A DNA stretch of 64,000 nucleotides from a bacterium (lineage in GTDB: Bacteria; Patescibacteriota; Minisyncoccia; Phycocordibacterales; UBA2100): positions 15,575-79,574 of the forward strand of contig RFQR01000001.1 of assembly GCA_009924895.1 (NCBI GenBank), written 5' to 3'. Below the pieces are notes generated by a model that saw nothing but the letters and a program-made list of their open reading frames with translations, was not told the origin of the DNA and did no database searches. How positions within the stretch are numbered: position 1 is the stretch's first letter; each line of letters opens with the position of its first letter. Below, piece after piece: positions 28,771 through 37,899 of the stretch. The position numbers and the translations under genes are program-made.

Positions 28771-31700
28771 ATGAGTAAAGCATTAGCAACAAAAAATGTT
28801 GCGGCTGTGCTCTTGGGTCTTGCTTTGGTTCTCGGCTTCTCGTTTGCAGTTGCTACTCCAGCAAAGGCAGCGACCGCAGCTGAGCTCCAAGCACAGGTTC
28901 AAGCACTTCTCGCACAAATCTCTGCATTGCAGGGCGGTTCATCGTCTTCAATGTCAGCAATGTGCCACACGTTCACCCGCAATCACATGATGGGTCAGAA
29001 GGGTGGTGAAATTGCATCGATTCAGGAATATCTCAACATCACTCCTGCTGCAGGCAACTTCGGTCCTAAGACCAAGGCCGCTGTTGTAAAGTTCCAAAAG
29101 GACAACGACATCGCTCCTGCTTCTGGGTATTGGGGTCCTCTCACTCGCGCAAAAGCAAATGCTCTTTGTGCTGGTTCAGGAACAACTGGTGGCACGACTG
29201 GCGGTACAACGGGCGGCACTACGATGGGCACAGGTGTGACCATCGCAGCTGCAGCACAGCCGACGAACTCACTCGCTCCTAAGGGCGCAGTGCGCGTTCC
29301 ATTCACGACCTTCACCTTGACGAACAACTCGGGCGCAGCAGTCACCATCAATGGTGTCACCGTACAGCGCACGGGTCTCGGTCAGGACGCAGCATTTGCT
29401 GGTATCGTCTTGGTTGACTCATCAAACGTACAGATTGGCAACGCAAAGACACTCAACTCAAACCACCAGGCAATCGTTGGTGACACGATGACCTTGAACC
29501 CGGGTGAGACTAAGACTCTCACTGTTGCGGGTAACTTGGCAGCATCACTCACGGCATACACTGGTCAGGTTGTTGGTCTCTCTGTTGTTGGCGTGAACAC
29601 CACCGCAACGGTGAACGGTTCACTTCCAATCTCAGGTGCTCAGCACACGTTGAACGATACTCTTGCGGTTGGTACCCTCACCGGTAACATCTCAAGCTTT
29701 GATCCGAACGCAGCACAGTCAAAGAACATTGGCGACACTGCAGTGAAGTTCACTGGCGTTCGTTTGACTGCTGGTTCAGCTGAAGACGTTAAGCTCTACT
29801 CAATCCGCTTCCGCCAGGTTGGTTCTGCTTCAGGCAGTGACCTCGCAAACGTGGTTGTAGTAGTAGATGGCGTTTCGTACCCAACAATGATGTCATCAGA
29901 TGGTAAGTACTTCGTCGCAAGCATCCCTGGTGGTGTCTTGATCCAGAAGGGCTTCTCAAAGGATGCATACATCCAGGGTGATATCGTTGGCAACAACGTA
30001 TCAGGCCGAAACGTTCAGTTTGACATCGACAAGACGTCTGACGTCTTTGCTGTTGGTCAGCTCTATGGCTACGGCATCGCTCCTGCTGTTGGCGCAAGCT
30101 CAGTTTCGAGTGCTGCTACCCACGGTTCTGCTATCACGGCTTCACAGCCTTGGTTCCAGGGTTCAACCTTCACGATCACTGGCGCGTCGGTAACGACGAT
30201 TGCTAAGGCGACTGAAGTTCCTGCTCAGAACATCGCAGTCAACGTTCCTAACCAGCCACTCGGTGGCTATGTGCTCGACTTGAAGGGTGAAAACCTCTCA
30301 GTTCAGTCACAGGTCTTCTACTTCAACTACTCAACTCTCAGCGCTTCATCAAACCTCCTCACCAGTGTTTCATTGGTTGACGAGAATGGTGCGGTTGTCG
30401 CTGGCCCGGTAGATGCAGTAAACGTTGGTGGTGTTGCTCAGAAGGTCACATTCACAGACACGGTAACCTACAAGACTGGTCGACACGTCTACTCATTGAA
30501 GGGTAAACTCCCATCAACGGTTACGAACAACCAGACCATTACTGCTTCAACCACTCCTTCAGCGGACTGGACGAACGTAACGGGTGCTACAACGGGTAAC
30601 GTTGTTTCTCTCTCAACGCTCTCATCGGCGGTAACGATGAACACAATGACGGTTCGCACAGCGCAACTTGCTGTTGCTATCTCGCCTACTCCAGCTGCTC
30701 AGACTATCGTTTCAGGTGGCCAGGGTACGACGTTTGCCAACATCCAGTTTGACGCTTCGCAGTCAGGTGAAGACGTTCGTTTCTCATCATTCTCGGTACA
30801 GTTCAACACGACTGCTACTTTGAGTGGTACAAACATCCTCTCATCATGTCAGGTATTCGACGGTGCTACCGCTCTCAACACGGGCTCAAACACCTTGAAC
30901 CCTACACTCTCAACATCTGCTGGTGCTGCTAACGGTTCATTCACTCTTGATAACTCACTCGTTGTCACGAAGGGAACTGTTAAGACAGCAACAGTCAAGT
31001 GTAATGTTGCTTCAGGTGCTACTGGTGCTCTCCAGGTCGGTATGACTGGTACACAAATTGCAGCTGTTTCAGCAACTGGCGTAACTTCATCGAACTCAGT
31101 CACTCCAACCGGCTCAACAAATGCTGGTCAGGTCATGACGCTTGCTTCAGGTGGTACGCTCACAATGTCGAACTCTCCTTCAACACCTTCTTACATGGTT
31201 GTTGCTGGTGGTTCAACGGACGTAACGTCGGCAGTCTACAAGCTCCGCGCTACGAACGAAGACGTGAACATGACAGAAATCGCTCTGAAGCTCACCTCTG
31301 GTAACCCAGCGGATGTCTTCTCTGCAACGATTTTGAAGGGTACGACGCAGCTCGGTACAGTAACCTTCACGGGTTCTGCAACAGTTGCTTCAACGACCCT
31401 CTCATCTCCTGTTGCAATCACGAAGGATGTCGACACCGACATCACAGTTAAAGTAACCTACGGCGCTATCGGCTCTAACCAGCCTGCTGCACCGGGTGCT
31501 ACTATCGCTATCGATCTCGACCGCATGAAGGGCACAGGCGCTTCTTCAGGTAACACGATCTACAGCTCAGGCTCGACCTCAGTTGCAGGTGTACGAAACC
31601 AGAAGTCGTACCCAACCCTCGCACTCGACGCTGGCGCACTCTCTTCAACGGGTGTTGCTGACGGTAACCTCATGAAGTTCAAGGCAACTGCAAACTCAGC

Positions 31701-32160
31701 TGGTGCTATCGGCATCGCTCAGTTCAAGTTCACTCTTGCAACCTCATCAGCAAACGTCACAGCAGTATCGCTCTACGGCTATACTGATGCTGCGTACTCA
31801 AACGCTGTTCCAGGCTTCTCAGGTGGCGTGATTAACGCTGCTGCAGTTGCTCCGGTTTCAGGTGGTGTAGTAACAGTAGTTGCTAACAACACTAACGGCG
31901 TACAGGTTCCAGCTGGTTCAACCTACTACTTCCTCTTGAAGGGTACAGTAGCAGGCACCGCTTCAACCTACTCAGTCTCAACCACACTTAACGGTGACTC
32001 GTCTGCTGCAGCTCTTGCTGCTTCAAGTTCAGTCTCTGGTAACTTGGTATGGACTCCAAACTCGACTTCAACGTCAGTTGGCTTGTCTAACGACTGGACT
32101 AACGGCTACGGCCTCACTGGTCTCCCAGCTGTTGGTATCTCAACCTCACGTAACAACTAA
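28771..32160 (+). CDS. Large secreted S-layer-like surface protein with peptidoglycan-binding domain
   Basis: Signal peptide, coiled segment, PG-binding motif (FGPKTKAAVVKFQ...GYWGPLTR), TTGG linker, Thr/Ser/Val/Gly-rich beta repeats, strong codon bias. Confidence 0.85.
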   Translation: MSKALATKNVAAVLLGLALVLGFSFAVATPAKAATAAELQAQVQALLAQISALQGGSSSSMSAMCHTFTRNHMMGQKGGEIASIQEYLNITPAAGNFGPKTKAAVVKFQKDNDIAPASGYWGPLTRAKANALCAGSGTTGGTTGGTTGGTTMGTGVTIAAAAQPTNSLAPKGAVRVPFTTFTLTNNSGAAVTINGVTVQRTGLGQDAAFAGIVLVDSSNVQIGNAKTLNSNHQAIVGDTMTLNPGETKTLTVAGNLAASLTAYTGQVVGLSVVGVNTTATVNGSLPISGAQHTLNDTLAVGTLTGNISSFDPNAAQSKNIGDTAVKFTGVRLTAGSAEDVKLYSIRFRQVGSASGSDLANVVVVVDGVSYPTMMSSDGKYFVASIPGGVLIQKGFSKDAYIQGDIVGNNVSGRNVQFDIDKTSDVFAVGQLYGYGIAPAVGASSVSSAATHGSAITASQPWFQGSTFTITGASVTTIAKATEVPAQNIAVNVPNQPLGGYVLDLKGENLSVQSQVFYFNYSTLSASSNLLTSVSLVDENGAVVAGPVDAVNVGGVAQKVTFTDTVTYKTGRHVYSLKGKLPSTVTNNQTITASTTPSADWTNVTGATTGNVVSLSTLSSAVTMNTMTVRTAQLAVAISPTPAAQTIVSGGQGTTFANIQFDASQSGEDVRFSSFSVQFNTTATLSGTNILSSCQVFDGATALNTGSNTLNPTLSTSAGAANGSFTLDNSLVVTKGTVKTATVKCNVASGATGALQVGMTGTQIAAVSATGVTSSNSVTPTGSTNAGQVMTLASGGTLTMSNSPSTPSYMVVAGGSTDVTSAVYKLRATNEDVNMTEIALKLTSGNPADVFSATILKGTTQLGTVTFTGSATVASTTLSSPVAITKDVDTDITVKVTYGAIGSNQPAAPGATIAIDLDRMKGTGASSGNTIYSSGSTSVAGVRNQKSYPTLALDAGALSSTGVADGNLMKFKATANSAGAIGIAQFKFTLATSSANVTAVSLYGYTDAAYSNAVPGFSGGVINAAAVAPVSGGVVTVVANNTNGVQVPAGSTYYFLLKGTVAGTASTYSVSTTLNGDSSAAALAASSSVSGNLVWTPNSTSTSVGLSNDWTNGYGLTGLPAVGISTSRNN

Positions 32161-32193
32161 TTCCGCAAGGACTTAGTTCTCAGTGAAAGAGAG

Positions 32194-32223
32194 CAAAAAC
32201 CCCCGCGAAAGCGGGGGTTTTTG
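32194..32223 (+). terminator. Intrinsic terminator
   Basis: CAAAAACCCCCGC-GAAA-GCGGGGGTTTTTG. Confidence 0.9.
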
Positions 32224-32256
32224 TGTTACTGATTTTTTTCGGTACAATAGTGGAAT

Positions 32257-33039
32257 ATGAAAAACTATCTACTCCCCGCATTCGCAGCAATTCTTATTGT
32301 TGCCGGTTTTGCCTTTTGGTATCGAGGGTATATGCCTGCTAACTCACCAGCGGAGCAAGGAACTGTGCCAGAGAATCCAATTGTGATTGATCCAAATGCA
32401 ACATCAACAACGGTAGACGGCTACACGATAGAGCGAGTGCAGGAGAATGTAGAGACATCGTATCCTTCGCTCACCCGCGCGCTCCCTGCTTCAACGAACG
32501 GTATGTCAGATGAGGCGCATGCAAAGATTTTGCGTTCTCTTTCAGAAACGGTCCAAAAGCTTGGAAAGAATCCGAATGATACCGAAAGCTGGATGATACT
32601 CGGAACATACCGCCAGATACTCAGCGATTATGAGGGTGCAAAAGAGGCATGGATTTTCGTTGCAGAAAAAACCCAATTTGCCCAAGCGTATGAAAATCTT
32701 GGGAACTTGTATGCGGGATACTTGAAAGATGCAGTGAAAGCTGAGGCAAACTACAAAAAAGCGATTGCACGCGATCCGATCATGCCGCAGTACTACCGCA
32801 CGCTCGCGGAATGGTACACGAATGCGTCACGCGCCGCTGACGCGGAAAACACGCTTCGCACTGGAATAAAGGCGGTCCCGAAAGCGCTCGATCTGTACGT
32901 CTTGCTTGCACGGCAACTTGTCGCAAATGATAAAACGAAAGAAGCAAAGGCGCTCTATGCACAGGCAATAGAGTCTGCAAAAGCACAAAACAACACCGAT
33001 GCGGTAGTGCAAATTACCGCAGAAATGAACAAATTGTAG
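32257..33039 (+). CDS. Membrane-anchored TPR-repeat protein
   Basis: N-terminal TM plus several TPR-like helical repeats. Confidence 0.85.
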   Translation: MKNYLLPAFAAILIVAGFAFWYRGYMPANSPAEQGTVPENPIVIDPNATSTTVDGYTIERVQENVETSYPSLTRALPASTNGMSDEAHAKILRSLSETVQKLGKNPNDTESWMILGTYRQILSDYEGAKEAWIFVAEKTQFAQAYENLGNLYAGYLKDAVKAEANYKKAIARDPIMPQYYRTLAEWYTNASRAADAENTLRTGIKAVPKALDLYVLLARQLVANDKTKEAKALYAQAIESAKAQNNTDAVVQITAEMNKL

Positions 33040-33077
33040 ACGAGGGGAGCGAAAAGTGATGATACACTAGAGAGACG

Positions 33078-33239
33078 ATGGACGGACCTGTCAACTCATT
33101 TTTTCGCTTCGTTGCTGGATTTTTCACGTTTATTAGCGTGAGTTTTGGTGTTACATACCTCGCACAATCCATGATTGTTGCTCGGGCACAGGCAGAGAAT
33201 ACCGCCGCTGCCGCGCGAGCCATGCTTGAGAAAAATTGA
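33078..33239 (+). CDS. 53-aa single-TM small protein
   Basis: MDGPVNSFFRFVAGFFTFISVSFGVTYLAQSMIVARAQAENTAAAARAMLEKN, with -10 TACACT just upstream. Below the ORF-track cutoff. Confidence 0.6.
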   Translation: MDGPVNSFFRFVAGFFTFISVSFGVTYLAQSMIVARAQAENTAAAARAMLEKN

Positions 33240-33276
33240 TTTTTTGTATCGCGCGTGGCATACTCCCTCTGTCAGG

Positions 33277-33500
33277 CCACAGACAGCGAGAAGCGCTGAG
33301 TCTGTTACAAAACCTGCTTTCGAGCCGAGAAGTCGCCATTTTTGAGCGAGGCGCAAGTCGGAGACCGAACAATACCCCGAGGTATTCTGAGGTCGAGACG
33401 AAGCGTCGCAGCCAAAAATCGCGACTCGCAGCGCCGAAATTGAGGTTTTGTAATAGACTCTACATGCTTTCATGAACTTTTGAGTTCTCTTGCCGAGGTC
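33277..33500 (+). promoter_or_regulatory. L10 (rplJ) leader RNA, interrupted by an insertion
   Basis: CCACAGACAGCGAG...CTTGCCGAGG matches the two L10-leader halves (AGACAG...CCGAGG). Confidence 0.65.
33298..33460. mobile_element. 163-bp MITE-like element
   Basis: Terminal inverted repeats GAGTCTGTTACAAAACCT / AGGTTTTGTAATAGACTC (17/18); the interior folds back on itself. Confidence 0.75.
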
Positions 33501-33554
33501 GAATCTAATCTCCTTGTGAGAGCCTGGCAATTATTAGTTTCAGGCTCTTTGTCC

Positions 33555-34040
33555 ATGAAAACAAAAGCAGAAAAAGCTCAGATTATTGAGCAATTGCAAA
33601 CCGCATTCAAGACTGCGGCTTCAACCGTGTTCGTTCACTTCCGTGGAATCACGGTAGGAGAGGAGACGGTGATGCGTAAGAGTTTGCGTGATGAAGGAGT
33701 GAAATACTCTGTTGCACGTAAGACCCTTATCCAGCGCGCTCTCACTGGTGCTGGCCTCTCTGAGGCGCAGCTCGACGGTGAAATTGCAGTGGTAACTGGT
33801 GGAGCAGACGCATCTGTTGCAGCTCGTTCTATCCATGCGTTTGGAAAAACGTTTGGTGCTGAGCGCTTCAGTATCGTTGGTGGTATCTTTGAAGGACTTC
33901 TTAAAACCGGTCCTGAGATGCAAGAAATTGCAACCATCCCAGCCCTTCCCGTACTTCGCGGTATGTTTGCGCAAGTTATCAACTCTCCGCGCCAGCGCTT
34001 TGCGGTGGTGTTGAGTGAGGTAGCGAAAACAAAAAATTAA
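33555..34040 (+). CDS. rplJ: 50S ribosomal protein uL10
   Basis: MKTKAEK...FRGITV...RKSLR...VARKTL; upstream of rplL. Confidence 0.92.
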   Translation: MKTKAEKAQIIEQLQTAFKTAASTVFVHFRGITVGEETVMRKSLRDEGVKYSVARKTLIQRALTGAGLSEAQLDGEIAVVTGGADASVAARSIHAFGKTFGAERFSIVGGIFEGLLKTGPEMQEIATIPALPVLRGMFAQVINSPRQRFAVVLSEVAKTKN

Positions 34041-34062
34041 TTAACTTAGTAGTTACACTATT

Positions 34063-34419
34063 ATGACAAACGATCAAATCATTGAGGCAGTAGAAAAGAT
34101 GACCGTGCTCGAGCTCAACACGCTCGTCAAGGCAATCGAAGAGAAGTGGGGAGTCTCAGCTGCAGCAGTTGCTGTTGCGGCAGGTCCTGCATCAGCTGCA
34201 GAAGAGAAGACTGAGTTCGGTGTTGAACTCACTGCAACTGGTGAGCAGAAGGTAGCTGTTATCAAGGTGATCAAGGAAGCACTTGCCTTGGGCCTCGCTG
34301 AAGCAAAGGCATTCACTGAATCAGCTCCAAAGCTCATCAAGGAAGGCATGAAGAAGGAAGATGCAGAAGCTCTCAAGAAGAAGCTTGAGGAAGCGGGGGC
34401 AAAAGTAACTTTGAAGTAA
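34063..34419 (+). CDS. rplL: 50S ribosomal protein bL12
   Basis: [44 protein letters not shown]. Confidence 0.97.
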   Translation: MTNDQIIEAVEKMTVLELNTLVKAIEEKWGVSAAAVAVAAGPASAAEEKTEFGVELTATGEQKVAVIKVIKEALALGLAEAKAFTESAPKLIKEGMKKEDAEALKKKLEEAGAKVTLK

Positions 34420-34438
34420 TCTTCAAAGTGATAAACCC

Positions 34439-34468
34439 GAAGCGGGCGGCCCATGGGCTGCCCGCTTC
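34439..34468 (+). terminator. Hairpin terminator after rplL
   Basis: GAAGCGGGCGGCC...GGCTGCCCGCTTC. Confidence 0.65.
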
Positions 34469-34564
34469 TGTGTATAAGTAGGTGCCTGGACGTTTTGGGC
34501 TGGTCGATTAGTATTAGGAAAGCGAGGCGAATCTGTTACTGATAAAGCGCCTCGTTTTTCTGTT

Positions 34565-35146
34565 ATGAAACACGACTATCTGCTCGATGTGTTTGGTTCT
34601 CCCACAAAGATTCAATTGCTTCAGTCACTCATGAAAGCGAAAGAGGATGGCGTTCCTGTTACTTCGCTTACCCGTACGACGCACGGTACCCAAAAAAAAA
34701 TCAGATCTGAACTGCGACTTTTAAAAAAGAAAAAAATAGTTGTATCGGCGGGTACGCGTGATCGTGAAGTATGGATGGTAAACAAAAGTCATGCCCACTA
34801 CGCATCGTTACTGCAGTTCATGAATTCCGTTTCGCCAACGCAGCATCATGACGTTGCCACCGTTCTCAAGAAGGCGGGCAAGGTGTCACTCGTCATTCTC
34901 TCAGGCGCTTTTACGGGCGATACAACTCGTCCCGTTGACATGGTGCTTGCGGGGGACGCGGTTAACGAGCATAAGCTTGAAAAGACAGTTACAAAACTTG
35001 AGGAGGAGTGGGGTCATGAGATCCGGTATGCCGTCTTTCCACCTGAGGAAATCCGGTACCGTCTCACCGTACAAGATCGTTTGTTGCGGGAGGTACTTGA
35101 TTTTCCGCACCAAGTGCTGCTCGATAGCAAGCGGCTTTTAGCCTAA
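34565..35146 (+). CDS. ArsR-like HTH plus degenerate nucleotidyltransferase-fold protein
   Basis: LFGS-like start (DVFGSPTK), HTH, then LSGAFTG...VDMVLAGD...EIRY. Confidence 0.65.
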   Translation: MKHDYLLDVFGSPTKIQLLQSLMKAKEDGVPVTSLTRTTHGTQKKIRSELRLLKKKKIVVSAGTRDREVWMVNKSHAHYASLLQFMNSVSPTQHHDVATVLKKAGKVSLVILSGAFTGDTTRPVDMVLAGDAVNEHKLEKTVTKLEEEWGHEIRYAVFPPEEIRYRLTVQDRLLREVLDFPHQVLLDSKRLLA

Positions 35147-35256
35147 AACGAGTATCCACACGTGAGTGCCTCTTGAGCAGGGTCTGTTGTCGTGGTGCGG
35201 TATGATTATGGTAAAGAACTGGTCGAACAGTTTTTAACAACCTTAATTATTGTTAT

Positions 35257-35943
35257 ATGATCGTTTCAGAATCCGCGAGTGTACTCCAGGCGTCGTTCTC
35301 AGACCTCTGGTTCACCGTGGTCTCATATGTTCCTGCTATTTTGGCAGCGGCAGTTATTTTTGTACTTGGATGGATTGTGGCCGTTGTATTGTTTCGTATT
35401 GTGGTACAAGTTACCGATGCGCTCAAGATTGATGAAGCGCTCAAATCTACCGGATTGCATGATGGTGTAAAGGCAGCTGGGTTTAATCTCCATGTCGGCT
35501 ATTTCCTCGGAGAATTAGTAAAGTGGTTTGTGGTCATTGGTTCACTCGTTGCAGCACTTGATGTGCTCGGTTTGCAGCAGGTTAACGCATTCTTGCAAAC
35601 CGCAGTATTGCAGTACATTCCTCAGGTTATCGTGGCAACGCTGATGATTATTGTTGCTGCAATCGTTGCGGAAATCGTGCGCAACGTGGTCGCGGGTTCG
35701 GCACGCGCAGCAGGGGTCTCTGCTGCAAATTTTGCTGGCGCTGTTGCAAAGTGGGCTATCTGGATTTTTGGTGTTGGCGCAGCCTTGACCCAGCTCGGGG
35801 TCGCAGCAGTTCTTCTGCAGACGCTCTTTTTGGGTGTTGTTTTCGGTTTTTCTCTCGCGTTCGGTCTTGCTTTCGGTCTCGGTGGCAAAGAGGCGGCAGC
35901 TCGGTTTATTGAAAAAGTTCGATCAGAAATCGCTCATCACTAG
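35257..35943 (+). CDS. TM-helix-repeat membrane protein (CmpX/MscS-associated)
   Basis: YVPAILAA and YIPQVIVA repeats; AFGLAFGLGGKE motif. Confidence 0.85.
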   Translation: MIVSESASVLQASFSDLWFTVVSYVPAILAAAVIFVLGWIVAVVLFRIVVQVTDALKIDEALKSTGLHDGVKAAGFNLHVGYFLGELVKWFVVIGSLVAALDVLGLQQVNAFLQTAVLQYIPQVIVATLMIIVAAIVAEIVRNVVAGSARAAGVSAANFAGAVAKWAIWIFGVGAALTQLGVAAVLLQTLFLGVVFGFSLAFGLAFGLGGKEAAARFIEKVRSEIAHH

Positions 35944-36011
35944 AGTTTTGTGTAGTGGCGAAGCAGCGGGCGGCGCTTTGCGCCGCCCGCTGTCTTTGCT
36001 AGCATTCACGT

Positions 36012-36710
36012 ATGCAAGCAATAATTTTGGCAGCAGGTAAAGGAACAAGAATGAAAGAGCTCACCGCTGAGACGCCAAAACCCATGCTTTTAGTGGCGGG
36101 GAAGCCAGTCCTTGAATACGTGGTCGAGTCCTTGCCTGAACCAATTACTGAAATTATTTTTGTGGTGGGATATTTGCAAGAAAAAATTCGAATGCACTTT
36201 GGTAATGAGTGGCATGGGAAAAAGATTATATATATTGAACAGAATGAGCTTAATGGAACCGGCGGTGCGCTCTGGTGCTGTAAAGATATACTCTCCGGAG
36301 CATTTCTTGTTTTAAATGGTGACGATATTTGTGAAGCGCGTGATATTGCTGCCTGTGCTGCTTCACCCGACTGGGCGCTTTTGGTTCAACAGGTCGACGA
36401 AGTCGGAAGTGCTGGAAAAGTGGTCCTAAACGCAGGTGGTACCATTGCAGATATACAAGAAAAAGAAGTCCATGGCGGCGGGTCGGGGCTTGCAAACACT
36501 GCCAATATGTTCAAACTGGATGTGCGCGTATTTTCTTACAAGCCAGTCTATCGTCCAGGAAGTACTACTGAATTTGGGCTTCCTCAGACGGTAGTCCAGG
36601 CATCAAAAATAGTCCCCATTTACCCGATCAAAGCGCATTCTATCGTGCGTCTTACTGACCCACAGGATATCCCCAGGGCAGAAGCTGTTCTGGCCGGAAG
36701 AAAAGCTTGA
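36012..36710 (+). CDS. Sugar-phosphate nucleotidyltransferase
   Basis: ILAAGKGTRM...PKPM, GTGGAL, NGDD motifs. Confidence 0.9.
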   Translation: MQAIILAAGKGTRMKELTAETPKPMLLVAGKPVLEYVVESLPEPITEIIFVVGYLQEKIRMHFGNEWHGKKIIYIEQNELNGTGGALWCCKDILSGAFLVLNGDDICEARDIAACAASPDWALLVQQVDEVGSAGKVVLNAGGTIADIQEKEVHGGGSGLANTANMFKLDVRVFSYKPVYRPGSTTEFGLPQTVVQASKIVPIYPIKAHSIVRLTDPQDIPRAEAVLAGRKA

Positions 36711-36736
36711 CAGTACCCAGATACTTCGTCTATACT
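36707..36736 (+). promoter_or_regulatory. Promoter of the 23S-tRNA-5S unit
   Basis: TTGACA-N18-TATACT. Confidence 0.7.
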
Positions 36737-37856
36737 CACGCCCACGTATGGTTACTAATTTAGGCACTAAAAGCAGGCGAGAGTAGCCGATTTTTTGTCG
36801 ACTGCCCGCGCCGCTTCCAAGCGGCCTTTTTACTACCCGTACGAGCCTGACTCTTTATTCTCAAGAACTCATTGGGCAACTGATAAGAACAAGAGAAAAA
36901 GAAAACAGAGTGACGCAAGTTATTCATGTTTGAAAAAGCGTCAGGCGAGACTGTTCGTTGACAACTGAAGAGCGACCCACATACTTGAAACCAGGTATGT
37001 GGAATCGAAAGAATCAATTAAACATTGCATAAGGAATGGTCTTCCTTATGCGGTGCAGGAAAAACCCTAATCCCAGAAATGGGACGGGTAAAATGTATTT
37101 TCACTTATGTGAAAATAGCCCAGTAGGTAATCCTGCTGGATTAAAAGTCTCATCTGTTTGTAGCAGATGAGTGTTGTTGGTGTAAAACCCGACAATATGA
37201 ATCCGCACAAAATTTTGCTCTGCAAAATTTTAGGCGGATGAACACGCGGTTCTCAGAATTCCGTAACGGGAGTCTGAGAAAGGGCGTGCGGTGGATGCCT
37301 AGACTGAAAAAGGCGATGAAAGACGCGGCATGGCGGCGATACGCTTCGGGGAGGTGCTCAGCAACCTTTGATCCGGAGATTTCTGAATGGGGAAACCCCA
37401 TCAAGTAACCCTTGATGACTCTCTTATTAACGTAAGAGTAGAGCAGACCTTGGGAAGTGAAACATCTCAGTACCAAGTGGAAAAGAAAACAAATGTTATT
37501 CCCTTAGTAGCGGCGAGCGAAACGGGAGGAGCCCAAACTCAGCCACATAGAGAGGGACTAGTAATGTTAGCCACTAGCGACTAGTGAAATGCAGCAATGC
37601 ATCCACTAATCTCTATACCCTAACACCTAGTCACTGTCTATGAGGATGGGGGTTATAAGGCTACAGCGCTAGTAATAGGTAGAGTCACAAATTGCTTAGT
37701 TAGTGGAATTGTCTGGAAAGACAAGCCCCAGCGGGTAATAGCCCCGTACACGAAAACAAAGCAACTCTATGGCTGTAGTTCTTGAGTAACTCGAGACACG
37801 AATAGCTCGGGTGAATTCGCCAGAACTAACTGGTAAGGCTACATACTTTTTCAGAT

Positions 37857-37899
<43 letters not shown>

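Noticed and set aside
29181-29225. Tandem DNA repeat/VNTR
   Set aside because: It is a protein-level TTGG linker with synonymous variation inside the surface protein.
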